64,000 nt of DNA from Paraspadella gotoi (Eukaryota > Animalia > Chaetognatha). The stretch spans positions 2,849,611 through 2,913,610 of the forward strand of contig CM119271.1 of assembly GCA_051294375.1 (NCBI GenBank). The letters run 5' to 3'. Under the pieces are notes generated by a model, which saw only the letters and a list, made by a program, of their open reading frames with translations, was not told where the DNA came from and searched no databases. Positions 25,310 to 38,732 of this stretch are shown one piece after another (position 1 is the first letter of the stretch; each line of letters begins with the position of its first letter). Position numbers and translations under genes: made by a program.

Positions 25310-28300
25310 AAAAGAAAAACGGAATTCTTTCCAATTATATCTCAGATATAAATTTGGGATTTTGTATTGAAAAAAAAAGCGCGGAATAAATGGCGATAAT
25401 AAAAGTTTTGAGAAGGAAAAAAATAATCAGAATTTTTCAAAAAACGAACGATCGTACAGAGTGAGAGAGACAGAAAGACAGAAGAGAGAAAGAGAGAAGA
25501 AAGAGAGACAGAAGAGAAAAGAGAGAACAAAGAGACAGAAAGAAAGAGAAAGCTGGAAGCCAGCTGAACAGTCACTGCAGAACCTGAACTCGTTTTTTAA
25601 GGGTTCAGAAAAAGCCAGCAACTGACAAATATAAGAAAAAAAATCTATATATAATTTAAAGAAATAAAAGAAAGGCAAAAATATGTTACAATTGTTTACA
25701 ATTGGAAATTTTTCCAATTTTTTCCAATCGCAGCTTGTAAAAGATTTATTTATATTTGTATTAAATTAAGATATAGCTTCTCATTAAAAAAATCCTTTGA
25801 GTTCCCATTTTTATTAAAATTTAAAACAAATTTTTTGAATTCATCTTCAATATTATATACTGCAATATGTAAATTAGATTAAAGCATTTCTATATACTAA
25901 TTTGGATATTAAGGAGTACTTTAATCTCATTTGCATATTGCAGTAAATCATAATGAAGTGGAAATTCAAACAAAAAAATACTTAAATCCAAAGTAATATG
26001 AAAATATCACAGCTATTTCAAGATGAAAAGCCATATCTAATTTTTAACTTACTATGATCGCACACTTTTTTTAAAACTTTATCATAATTCATAATAATTT
26101 TTATTTAAAAAAAACGGTAAGTCACAGCCAAACCTATAAAAGCGTAGTAGTTTTTATATATGAAAACAGCGTGACGGACGACGACGACGACGACGACGAC
26201 GTCACAAAGAAGCAACCCTAAAACATTATAGAGCCTGACCCGGCTTCGCCGGTCAAGGCTCGATAAAAACGTACACGTTTCGACTAAAAAAAAAAAAAAT
26301 TCGTTGTTTACAAACGAAACAAACTTTTTTCTTGTGTCAAATACTAACATGATTTTTTTTTTTTTTTTTTTTTTTTGCAAATTCTTTCGTTTTTCTCTTC
26401 TTTCGTCTCTTCTCTTCTCTCTTCTTCTCTTCTCTTCTGTCCTCTTTCTTTTCTTTACTTTTCTTTTCTTTTTTTCTGCATCTTCTCTCCTCTCTCTCTC
26501 CCCCCCCCTCAAAAGATTCCTCTCCGATAAAACCTTCGCCGGTCGCGACGAATCCGACTCCACCTTCAGGCGCTACCTCAACCCGTCCCTCAGCGGCGTC
26601 GCCAATCAGTCCATCTCCGCCGCCTGGAGGGATCTCCACAAGTTCGTCACTTCGACCCTCTCGTCGATGGGCTTCGGCCGATCGCGCATGGAGGCCGCGG
26701 TGCTGAGCGAGGCCGACGCCCTCGTCGACGCGGTGCTGGGGCGTCGAGGAAAGCCGTTCGCTCCGGACGGGCTGCTGCGGGTCGCCGTGTCGAACGTGAT
26801 CACCAACGTGGTGTTCGGAGAGCGGGCGGAGATCGGGGGGCCGTCCAGGCTGCACGACTCTTTGAAGGTGTTGAGGATCGTGGGGAATGAATATGTAAAT
26901 TAATAAATAAACAAAATTAAGTTAAAAAGTATGTTAAAAAATTAATAGAAAAATAAATAAAAAATTAATGACAAATAGATAAATAAAACGTATAAAAATG
27001 TCGAAAAAATGCCTTGTGATTGGAATAAAGAGAAACAAATAAATACATAAAAAAACGTACACTATTTAAAACATTTTTAATTATTTTGTTCGTCATCTCA
27101 TTAGATTGAATTTATTAATTGATTTATTACTTTCTTAATTCATCAAAACCAAACTTTAAAAGACGATCGCCAACGGTTTCCTCTACCTCATCACCCATCC
27201 TCTCTACGCCTTCTTCCCCTCCGTGGCCAAACTCATCCAGACGAGCCGCTTCAACGACATCGTCGACTCTTACGAGTTCGTCTGCGGATTCATCCAGGAT
27301 TCCTTGAAGCGGCACGAGGCTACGGTTTGGATTGGAGGGGGCTGATCGGAGTGGTAGTGATGGAGATGGAGATGATCAACTGTCTCTTCAACACCCCAAT
27401 AATCTCCACAGGTCGACCCCGAAGATCCCCGCGATTTCCTCGACGCTATCGTCCTCGAGCGACGAGCGAATCCGGGAGCCGAGCATCTTTCCGACGACAA
27501 TCTCCATCACACGGTCGGTCGCGTGGAAAACGATGCCGCGAGCAATTCACCGTTCGTTGCACACAAGGTCCCGAACTTCGGATCGGGCTGTAGTCCGTCA
27601 CTGCAGGAGAGTTAGACGCCCCGTCCCGCTTTCTTGTGAGAATGAGCAGGGCGCGAATCCGGTTCCTTTGGGTCGGGGAGTAGCTCGTGCTACCTCCGGC
27701 GCCATAGGTGCTGCTGATTCTCGGACAAGTAACGGGGTATGAAATATTACCGATAAACATCTGTACATCCTTTTTTTTTTTTTCCTTTTTTCTTTTTTTC
27801 CTTCCTCTCGCCAATACCCATCAATATATCAAAGCTCCGACTGACCACACTCCGACTGACCACACTCTTTCCACTCCAGGTGTTCGATCTCTTCCTCGGC
27901 GGCACCGACACGACCACTCACGTCCTCGACTGGATCATCGCCTGGTTCGTCAAGTTTCCCGAGATCAGGCGCCGACTTCTCGATGAGGTCCATCAGGCGT
28001 TCGGTCAGGACGGGGCGCCCGTTTTGTCCGCTTTAAGGTGGATCGAGTCCTTTGAATATTTTTTTAAATTTTTAAATACGAAATAATTTTTATCGTTTTA
28101 TTCTTAGCTTACTATACTATACTATAGTTTAATTTTAAAATATTTAGATTTTTAAAATTATATACGAGACTGTGAGAGAGTCTTGATAGAAAGCTTGCAG
28201 GGACCTGCTATGTCATTATCTTGTAAGAGTGATGGAGGCCTTAAACCACCAAAGCCTGTCCAAAGTCAGGGGCAAGATAACTTATTTATTAAATGAATGG

Positions 28301-29819
28301 GTAATTTTTATATTGGTTGTACCAATTTCCTTTCCATAGTTATATATTATTTTTTAAAAAATAATTTATAAATTTTTAAAAATTATTATTATAAAAGTAT
28401 TAATTTTGTATTAATATGAATAAAATATTTTATTATAATTTTTTATATTGTGATTAAATTTTGTTGAATGAAAGCCGAAACTTGTCTGATCAATAAAAAT
28501 AAAATCGTTGATGTATCAAGACTTTGTCTTTAATTTCAAATTTTTTATATTAAACTAAAATTAATTAATAATCTAGCCTAATGTGTTTTATGATCCTTCC
28601 CTCATTTCCAGCTCCATGCATTACTTCCAAGCCTTCGTGGACGAAGTGTTGCGACGATCCTCGGTGGCCGACTTCGCCGCGCCCCACACTGCCGTCAAAG
28701 AAGGCGCCACCTTCGATGGATACGAAATCCCGAGAGGAACGCAGATCATGGTGAATCTTTAGTGCAGGGCGATTTTGGATCATAATAGGTCAAGTCAAGT
28801 CAAACCAGTCAAAATCAGTTGAGATTCTTCAAGTAATGTATGTTATACATAAATTGTACGTATATGACAGTTTAAACTTAATAAGATAATTATACTGAAC
28901 TACTATGGCAACGGAGGGACATGTGTGATGCTTAAAGAGTGAGGCATCGCCCGACAGATGGAACTCAGGGTTTTGGATCTGCAGTGACCACCCCATGTCA
29001 CTGGCGTGTTTATGCCGACACCATCACACTCTAACCAGCGTGACCGTGAGAGGATTGAACCCGGAACTCACGGTTGGTGAACGAGTAATTAGCTGTCCAA
29101 GCAAATGGTACGAACTGAGTTTTACCAAGCTATACGGGAGGCGAATTTAGGATTCGCCACCCTACCTTATTTGCAATTATAACCCACTCCTTATCGCTTA
29201 ACTTACGGAATACAATGACCTAAAAGTTTCGACGATTTTAACATGAAAAGGGTGACAAAGTTTTTACATTTGTTCAGCTTAACACCTCTTCTTTTCCAAA
29301 GTCTGTGTCTGTTTTTTCTAGCTTATCTAATAAGTTATTAGCATTTTATTCGATTTTTTTTTACTTTTTTTTCAATTAAAATTAATATGATATCAAAAAT
29401 TATATTTTGAAATTTTTTTTTTTTTTCGCAATATGAAATTTTTGTTCAACATTGAAAAAAAAAGGTGGATCTCTTTGTTGTACCATTTCCGTCCCCCATT
29501 CCCTATCGAGGTCAACATCTACGCGTGCCATCACGACCCGACCGTGTGGGACGACCCCAAAGACTTCCGCCCCGAGCGTTTCCTCGACGCCGAGGGCCGC
29601 TACGTCAAAAGCGACGAGCTGCTGTCCTTCGGCTTCGGGACGCGGCGCTGCATCGGCGAGAAGCTGGCGCGGCTGGAGATCTTCGTCTTCGTCGTGCGGC
29701 TGCTGCAGCGGGTGGAGTTCCGGCTGGCCGAGGGTTCCGAAATGCCGGCCATGGAAGGCAGGAAGCCGTTCTTGAGGGCGCCGGAGAATTACGAGGTCGT
29801 GGCGACGGCGTTGGGGTGA
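23663..29819 (+). CDS. Cytochrome P450, clan 2-like; exons 23663-23925, 26516-26867, 27163-27324, 27412-27513, 27880-28037, 28612-28750, 29511-29819
   Basis: N-terminal TM anchor plus PSGP, PRDFLD, I-helix DLFLGGTDTT, EVLR (ExxR), PERF, heme motif FGFGTRRCIG; all junctions GT-AG and in phase. Confidence 0.93.
24070..24330 (+). repeat. 19-bp minisatellite (TGATGCGATGATA...)n; inverted relative at ~14800-14930
   Basis: Tandem units visible; shared flank cgtaaataaaa..aaacaaatgcgtgtat. Confidence 0.75.
27522..27759 (-). mobile_element. Solo LTR-like element, family D (divergent relative of family A), in CYP intron 4; boundaries approximate
   Basis: Colinear motifs shared with family A: tggcgccggagg, acccaaagg, ggattcgcgccc, gggacggggcg..taac, tacagcc.gatccgaag.tc.gg, gaacggt; no TSD found. 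Confidence 0.75.
28904..29161 (-). mobile_element. Solo LTR, family B (tRNA-head/twister), in CYP intron 6
   Basis: 4-bp TSD CTAC (28900-28903 / 29162-29165); 5' hairpin ggcgaa..ttcgcc; B box GGTTCAATCC at 29061-29052; twister-like core. Confidence 0.85.
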
Positions 29820-29935
29820 CGGAAGAGGTGGAGGTGGGTTGGAGGTGGAAATGGGGAAATGAGAACTTCGTTACGTGATTTGTATTAATTAATTAATTAA
29901 TTATAATTCTGTTGCTCTAAATGTCTGTAATTGTA

Positions 29936-30186
29936 TGTAGTCGGGCATTTCATAAGTTCACCCCGCAAGCATGACCTGGCGACTCATTGACTCATGACCA
30001 CTAGGTCCCGGGTTCAATCCCAACCAGGGAGCAACACTGCGGGAAGCGTCTGGACAGCCGTAAACCGCCTTAGGGACCTGGAAAACCCTCAAGCCTGGTT
30101 CCAAGCTCAGGACCCGATCCATGGCTGCTGAGGGGGCATAGAAGTTACGAATAGTCATCTTCATCCCACTTAACGCCTTATCCACA
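29936..30186 (+). mobile_element. LTR, family C, just downstream of the CYP stop codon
   Basis: TGTAG..CCACA termini; B box GGTTCAATCC at 30011-30020; twister-like core at 30040-30116; no matching TSD. Confidence 0.8.
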
Positions 30187-30942
30187 TACTATATGTAAAT
30201 GTAAAGAAGGAAAGAAGGAAAGAAAGGAAGTAAGAAAGAAAGAAAAAGAATGTAATAGAATGACAAAAAAAAAATAAAGAAGAAAGAAAGAGAAAGAAAG
30301 AAAGAAATAAACAAAGAAATAAAAAAAGATAAATTGAAAGAAAGAAATGAGGAACGAACCAAGAATGTTTTTTTTACCTTCATACTGTAGTCTGTAGACT
30401 AGTGTGTAGTCTGTAATAAGTATACTATTAAAATATAAACAAATGTAAATATGTGTATTACTGATATATTGTAAAAATTGACTGATCTTGCTGGTAAAAA
30501 GATGTTCGTTCTCAAAATCGTCTGCCTCAGTTTCTCGCATTAATCACGAAGTCATTTTTCTTATCATCTTATCGCACTTTTTACCGACGCATAAATATAG
30601 CAGACGACGACGACATAAAAATCTAAAGGAAAGATCGTAAGCGCTGTTCTTAACTTATCTTAGATTATAGAAATATTCGTATTAGTCAGCTTTCTAATTG
30701 TTGAGGACACATAATAACTAATATGTAGGACAAAGATTATTTTTATGTTTTTTTATGATCCCATAGGGCAAATATTTTCGGCGTTGCCAAGGTGATAAAA
30801 AGGGTCACGAGGATGAGGTCGGTCGTTTTTAACCGGAGTCGAATTTGGCGCTGGAGCGAGCGAGAGAGAGAGAGAGAGAGGTTTTGGACCCCGAGTTCGT
30901 TAAGAAAAATATAGATGGGAGAGAGGAGAGAAGTTTGTGAAT

Positions 30943-31009
<67 letters not shown>

Positions 31010-32382
31010 GATAACTACCGGGAACTCTCTGTTCATTAATTTAAATATTTCTTTAACAAACAAACAAACTAATGTAAGCTCGTGACGAAATAAAAAACGA
31101 GGGTTTTACAATTGGCTTAACAAGAAAAAGTCTTCCGCTCTCCCTTGCGGTTGAAATCGTAATATGAAGATAGAAGACGGTTTGAAAAGGATTCATTTTT
31201 TTGCAAAAATTAGTTGGTGTAAGATTTCTTTTTCTTACACACAATCGGAAAGATAGCTTATTTATTAAATGAATGGAAAATTTTTATATTGGTTGTAGCA
31301 ATTTCATAAAATTCAGCTCCTTGTATTTTGATGCTGGGCGTAGAACAATATAGTATTCCCCGATCTAATACTTAAGGGAGTGGTCTTTTCATACAATTGA
31401 AACATTCTTTGAAATATTTTCCACTTCATTGATAGGTACTGTGGGAGTGAATAAAAGAGACTGTGAGAGAGTCTTGATTGAAAGCTTGCAGGGACCTGCT
31501 ATGTCATTATTTTTTAAGAGTGATGGAGGCCTTAAACCACCAAAGCCTGTCCAGCCTGTAAGCCTGTAAGCTTAAAGCCTGTCCAAAGTCAGGGGCAATA
31601 TTGCTGATTCATTAAATGAATGGATAATGATTGGATAATTTTTATATTGGTTGTACCAATTACACAAACATGTCCGGGCGTACATCCGGTTACATGAGAT
31701 TTCACCCGGTTACATTCGGGTACATTTCATTTGAACCATATTACATCCGGTTTGGTGACAACAACAACGACAACAACAACAACCTTAACGACTCTTAAAC
31801 TTACCTAAATCGTGACCTACGACTTAAGGTCAAATAGTTAATTGACCACTAGATTCGTTTCGACTCTTATTGTTATTTTTACTATTGTCTTTTCTCTTTT
31901 TGTTATTGTCGTTTTTCTCTCTGAAAATGATTTTGATCATTACATGTTGTAAATAAATTCGTGAAACGTCTTCTTATTTTCTTCTTTAAATTTCTATCAA
32001 GTTATTTACCAAACCGGTTACATTCATTTACATTTGGTAATATCCAGTTTCATCCCGTAGTTCGCCGGTGCAACGAGGTCGAGTCGCTCTCGCGGTTTTC
32101 AGAGCTGCTCGTTAACGACCGAGAGAGTCGGCCGAGTCGCGGCCGGCATTACACCAACTCCCACGAAACCCGCTATCGTATATATTTTGTCATAAATAGA
32201 CATATATGAGGCCTAACTAGTTGAATATTAGTGTTTTCTGTCAGTTATTTATAAAACTGTCATTTATGTATCTGATAAAAAAACAAATTGTCTCTACTGT
32301 TTTGGATCGGTGCCCATCCAACCTTTCCTCATCAGTTCCTTCTCCCCCTCCTAGTGATTTTTATTGCTGATGGATGCAATAA

Positions 32383-32445
<63 letters not shown>

Positions 32446-32546
32446 GATTGTCAAAATTCGCCGTTGTGCTTCATCTGCCGAGAAGATTGGCTCATCAAAG
32501 GCAACGAATATTGTTTGCTTTTTTATTAAACTTTGTTTGCTTTGTC

Positions 32547-32613
<67 letters not shown>

Positions 32614-32908
32614 ACTCACTCATTTTTTACTCTTTCTTTCCCAATTGAATACAGTTTGACTAGACAAATTCATCTGACATTATATTGCGGAGATAAATGA
32701 CTCATATAATGTAAAAGGTTAGTTACCGTATTCAAATCATTTTCTCAAAATGTCAAAAAATCGAAATGAACCAAATAATTATCACTAAAACTCTATTTAA
32801 AAAAAATAAAATTGAGATTTACTTTTTTCAGTTGTCAATGAAATTTTTAACAGAATATGTGATTTAAATTGGTCTATCCGACGGAATACAAGAGAGCGAC
32901 GAGGCCGG

Positions 32909-33529
32909 TCATGAAAAAGACGTGAGAAACTGAGCATGGCTGCCAACGTGAACCTCTAAGTTCTCGCGCGAGTTTATTGTAAAACTAATCTGTCTCTCCC
33001 CAGCTCCGGCCTCGCCTATGCGAAACCAAATGTTCCCGTACCACAGAAACGCATTGAGAAATCCCGACGCTGCGCTGAGCTGTTTGCGGAAAACGTCTTT
33101 CTGATCGTTTATGGAAAAGGCTAAGGCGAATGAGGAAAAAATCCAGAGGAAACTTAAAAATCCGTGGAATTGAATTTCGATAGAAAGAAGGCGACGTGGT
33201 CCATGGTAGAAAGGACCGAAGCAAGCGTACGAGACAATCAGTACGACGGAAGCCGAGCAAGCAATCAGGCTAACGGAGAGAAAAAATAAAGTCAGACGGT
33301 CCATGCTTGCTAGGGAGATTTGATCCTGGATCCGGTTTGTCTCGTTCTGTACAATATCTTTGACTCTCCCGGAGTTGAAGTCGTTGCAAGGGTCGTTGGC
33401 TTCAATATCTCCCATGCAGATGGCGACGGAGACGACGGCCGCGACGCTGGCGAAGAACTGGACGATCTTGAAGACGACTGGCGGTTCCGTCAAAACTTGA
33501 AAGTTAAAACGGACTTTGCGCGCGATCAT
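32909..33529 (-). CDS. Synaptophysin/synaptoporin-like MARVEL-domain membrane protein, single exon, 206 aa
   Basis: FNFQVLTEP..FKIVQFF matches the FRVLKEPLGFIK start; four hydrophobic segments; GFLNAFLWYGNIWF..GE matches GFLN..LW.GN.WF..KE. Confidence 0.8.
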   Translation of the reverse strand: MIARKVRFNFQVLTEPPVVFKIVQFFASVAAVVSVAICMGDIEANDPCNDFNSGRVKDIVQNETNRIQDQISLASMDRLTLFFLSVSLIACSASVVLIVSYACFGPFYHGPRRLLSIEIQFHGFLSFLWIFSSFALAFSINDQKDVFRKQLSAASGFLNAFLWYGNIWFRIGEAGAGERQISFTINSRENLEVHVGSHAQFLTSFS

Positions 33530-35340
33530 TTTTGGCGAAAGGAATCGGTAAAAGAGCGCAATGCGCAGAAAAAATTAAATTTCCTAATCCAGACTACATA
33601 TAACCAGCTCTATAGTTTTTTTTCGAATCATTACCAAAACCGGATTTTGACAGGATCCCGAATCTGGGGAGACAAGAGAACAGCGCATACAACAGTCCAA
33701 AACGCTCGTATTTTTACAAATCTGAGGTTTTCAAAAAGATCGTCAAGCTGAAATTTCGAAGTTCGACGAATTCGATTGACCAATATGGGTAATGACATTG
33801 AGAGATTGATCTCAAAAATATGCAAAACAGATTGAATGGCGAATTAAGAATTTTCAAGCATGAAAAACGTGTGTTTTTGGTTTTTACTTAGAAATTAGAA
33901 GGTATTTTATGTAGTTTTTCACAGAATTCATTCTGGAAAGATTTGTAGTTTCATATTGAATGGTTTTTTGTCTCTTCTTGCCACGAGGAAAAAAAGAAAA
34001 AAATCTTTTAATGAGTTAATTTATTTCGAAGTACAAATATGTATAATTGTATATTAGGTATTTTATTTTGTTCTTGGCGATTGAAATAAAAGGGAAGCAC
34101 GCCACGATTCTGTAAATACTAAATAATAATGTGTTTGCAATGAAGGGTGAAAAATTGATCACTGATCAATGATCAGCGATGAAAATGTGATGTCTAGCCT
34201 ATCTCTTTTTGTCAGATCAACAACAGTTGACAATTTTCTTTAGTCGTGATTAAACCGCCTTGTTAATTTTTAGTCTCGTTTGCCGAAATGTCTCATTCAA
34301 TATTAAATATCGAATCATGTCAGCGTCTGCCCGTTTGAACTAAAGTTTTTACGTGTTTAGTTAATGAAAATATAATCAGTTATTAACCAGAACTTTTGTC
34401 GTACCTTTCGGACGGGCGACGCCTCGAACGCGCCACCCAAGAAGCATAGAAAATAGTAAAACATTTTCTGCAATCAATCATCAAAGTGCATCTATTCAAT
34501 TACACCTTTCACGGTGATTTCTGCTCTCTCTCTCTCTCTCTCTCTCNNNNNNNNNNNNNNAAGAAACAGTCTAAGAGCAAAAACATGAGAGGCGAACAAA
34601 TCATCTGCATTTAGATGAAACACAAACGACGACGACGACGACGACGACGACGTTCAAAGTCACTGTGGATTGACTTCTCAGATTTTCTTCTATCTTTGCC
34701 TGTCTGTCTATCTGTCGGCCTGCCTTTCAGTGGTCTATTAGGCTCTGCCCACCTGCCGTACTTAAAAGTTAAATTCTTAAATATAAATTGTTGTGAATTT
34801 ACATTGTCAACCATTGAGTGTTAATAGGTAAGTTTTAAATAGTTTAATACCATCATCGCAGGTGGAACAATACTTACTTAAATGCCTAAGTGCTAACAAG
34901 TGAATTTAAATTTATGCCAAAACTGTTCTGAAAATTACAGAAAATTTCCAAAAATTACATTTGTTTAAAGTTGTTTCGAGATACGTCGTACATTTACTTA
35001 GAGGGATGGGTCTTAACATAATTTTTTTCATATAATATCTTTCTTATCAGGTTTCATTCACTCTTCACTATTTCAATTTTTAACCTCGTTCACACGCGTC
35101 ACATTCTCGAGCAATCAATACATTTTCACTTCATTCCCTCGAGTAATCGATCTTCACTTTTTACGTTCACACGATTCGACAACTTGGCTCAAAATAACGA
35201 CTCAATTTATCCCTTACAGTTTATGGAGCGATGATAATGAAGACGACGACGACGATGAAGACGACGACGATGACGACGACGACAATGACCTTCTTTCTCG
35301 CTGGGCTATATATGGCTAACCGGAAGTCTAGATCCGCCTA

Positions 35341-35455
<115 letters not shown>

Positions 35456-35744
35456 GCCCACGCGAGGGGGCGCGATGACGCGCGAATCTCGCGTCGCCTT
35501 TGAAGTCGTCGTCGTCGTCGTCGACAACGCGGCGAGGGAGGGGGCGTCTCTGGATGGAAAGGCGGCGTCGGCGAGGACGGCAGCGCCGGGGGGCGGCGTC
35601 GGCGGCCGCGGCGGCGGCGGTAGCTGCGTCAAGGGCACGGGCTGATACTAAGAAAAGATTTCTATAAATTTCAAAAGCATTCGTGGTTAGATTAGATTCG
35701 AAAAAAAAAAAAATTTAGTTTGGTTTTCACATTTCTATTTTTTT

Positions 35745-35840
35745 ATAATAATGATAATAATAATGATAATGATGATAATAATAATAATAATGATAATAAT
35801 AATAATAATAATATTAATAATAATAATAATAATAATAATG

Positions 35841-35918
<78 letters not shown>
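35745..35918 (+). repeat. (AAT)n microsatellite
   Basis: Direct observation. Confidence 0.95.
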
Positions 35919-35921
<3 letters not shown>

Positions 35922-38732
35922 GAAATAGAAAAAAGAATAATAACATTCATCTCTGTCGGTCGTTAATTTTTTGTATCAATGTCTATTTAAAAAAAATAAA
36001 AAAATAAATAAAAGAATAGAACAATTAATTCTATCACTCGCAAAGTATTAAATATCGAAATTTTTTCATGAAAAAAAAAATATTTTTTTTAATATCCAAC
36101 TTTAATAAAACTTCACAGACTTTGGTTACTTAGGCGTCTAAGTTTTTTGGACGCTCGTTTAAAACTTTCGCCTCGTTCGCTATGTTATATTAAAAAAACA
36201 AACTATTTTCTCCGATGTAAAAAAAAAAATCATCTGAAAATATTCAAACAAAAGACGCGTAAACTTTAACATCGATGTCGCCATCTTTCGTCAGATGTCG
36301 TCGTTTTCGCCTTCTCGTTCAAAAAAAAATATATAATCCGCTTCGTTATCTCTCAAAATCGAATTTTCGCGTCACCGGCGTCACTCCCGTCGACCGCGTC
36401 ACCGGCGTCACTCCCATCGCCCGCGTCACCGTCACCCGCGAAATGGACGGTGACGTCAGCGACGTTCGTCACTCGCGTCGACTTTGAGTCGCTCGATTTC
36501 ATCGAGAATCGATTCGTCATCAAGATCGAATTAAAAAAAAAAAAAACCTCTTTTTATATCGGACTCGACTGTATTTCACGCTACATTGTACGTATAATGT
36601 ATAATTGTATATAGTATATACTATATACGTTTTCGGAGCATCAAGAGTGTATTATGTTTACAAGAAATTGGTATATTTATCTAACCAAGACAGGTAAAAA
36701 AACTCGTTCTTCGTTTTCGCCTATTCCCTTTTTTTTTCTTCATTTCTAGTATTTTTGGCTCGTGTATCTTTTTTTTTCGAGTTTCATTATTACTTTTTTT
36801 TCTTTTTTTTTTCTCTCTAATTTATATTTTTAAATTTATTTCAGTCGCGTCTCTGTTTTTTGTTGTTTTTTTTTTTCTTTTTTTTGTTTGTTTGTTTTTT
36901 GTTGTTTTTTTTTTGTTCAAATCGTTAGTCTTTTACGTTTTACGATTCAATATTTTCATTTGTCACTTTTCTTAAACCTCGAATAATCGGGTTTTTTTTT
37001 GTTTTTTTTTGGTCGAAGTTGTGACTGCTAATGTTGTTGTTTTTGTTTTTTGTAATCGTTAGTTTTATTGTTTTTGTTTCTCTCCACTAATCTTCTCTTC
37101 CGTTTCCCCTTGTTGTTCTTGTTTTTGTTTTGAGCCAACGTCTTAACATCTTAACCCCTTTTGGCCCCTGACCTCTCTTTCCGTTGTTGAGCTCGTGGTT
37201 TTGACCTTTCTCTCTTTTTTGAAAGCGAAGGAAACAAAAAGGAATAACCATGACTTTTGGTGACGGAAAAAAAAAAATTGTTAATTTGAAAATAATCTAG
37301 TTAATCGTTTCGCGCATTTAATCAATTAGGGTTTTAACCAGTTTGGCATCCGAATCTTTTAATCAACAGAATGAAAAAAAAACCTTTGGGTCAAAAATCG
37401 AGGTCGAAAAATATCGGATATCTGTTTTAATGTTTAAATTATTTCAATCACTGTAATTTAAAAAGAACAAAGCATAAGCACCGGACCACGAAATAACGCT
37501 TAAACAAAAGTTTTCACATTGAATCTATTGACAACGAAAAAGTATAATAAGAAAAGCTTGACTAACAACATTTACATGCGAGTTCATCCGAAGCAGTTTT
37601 AATTTGACTTAATTTTCTTTTAATTCATTGTTTTTTCTTCTATTTATTGTACCCTAACACGATTTGTGCCTCGTTTATAATTTTCGACGTCTGCTTTTTG
37701 GCCCGACAAAGAACGATTAAGAATTTGGAATTCGTTGCTCGGTTTAATTATCAACAAACAATTCGGCGAAAGGGAAAAAAAAGATCCGTTGTTTGTTTAC
37801 GCGAAAACGAAATAAGAAATTAACTTTTTTTTAATTTCGTCGATTAAAAAAATTATAAGAATTAATTTTTAGTGTGATTATAAACAAGGACGTTCGGGGG
37901 TCCTCGAGTCAACTCGCCATTTCCTTCCTACTTGAAACATCGAATTTTAAAAATAAAAGACTAATTTAATATCGGTTTATTTAACTTCTTCCAAGAAACT
38001 GGGCCCATATATTTTTTTCCGCCAGTAGTTTCGTTCGGGGCCGTGTCGAACGCCATTAAACCGATTACGCATGCCAACATTTTCTCGACTTTGCTTAAGG
38101 TCCGGGATCACTCAATTCAAATTATAATTAAACGAAAACCGAGCTCGGATTTCGAAAGGAGAGCTCCTGACGATTCCGAAAATGTATTCACTTTACTATT
38201 TTTTCAAAGGCTTCATCGTTTTTTCGATTTTTTTTATACTATATAAAATAAAAGAAACCTATTTGAAGAGTTGCAGACCAAACGGTAAGGCGGTTTCTCA
38301 TGAAATATGGCATGAATTACCTTTAGGTCACGAACTCTAATTCTATGAAAAGATACTTTCAAAATTTGCCTTCCTTCATATAAAATTGATTATTTTAATC
38401 AATTTTTGGATAGTTCCTTGATATCTTTGAAACAAAAACATTTTTTCAAAAACGCGCTCATAGAATCTCCCCCACCTTTCTTTTTTTGCCCAAGATATTT
38501 TTTTCTTCAAGAAAGTCAACGGTTTGAGCTGCAACTCTTTGTTTTTAACTTCACTTCGTCAAGAAAGTTAAATTCTGTACTCATTAAACTCATTAAACAT
38601 TTACATAAAGTATAAAGTCAAATTGAAATAAATTTGATAATTTTTTTCACTCATAAAACTCATAAAAGTATAAAAACCCGTCTGGAAATGTGTAGAGTAG
38701 TATGGTGGACTAAATCCACCAACCGTTCATCA

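Noticed and set aside
30056-30137. Type-P1 twister using the downstream GAGGGGGC
   Set aside because: P2 does not pair in that register; cross-family comparison supports the P5 permutation with upstream GA-GGA
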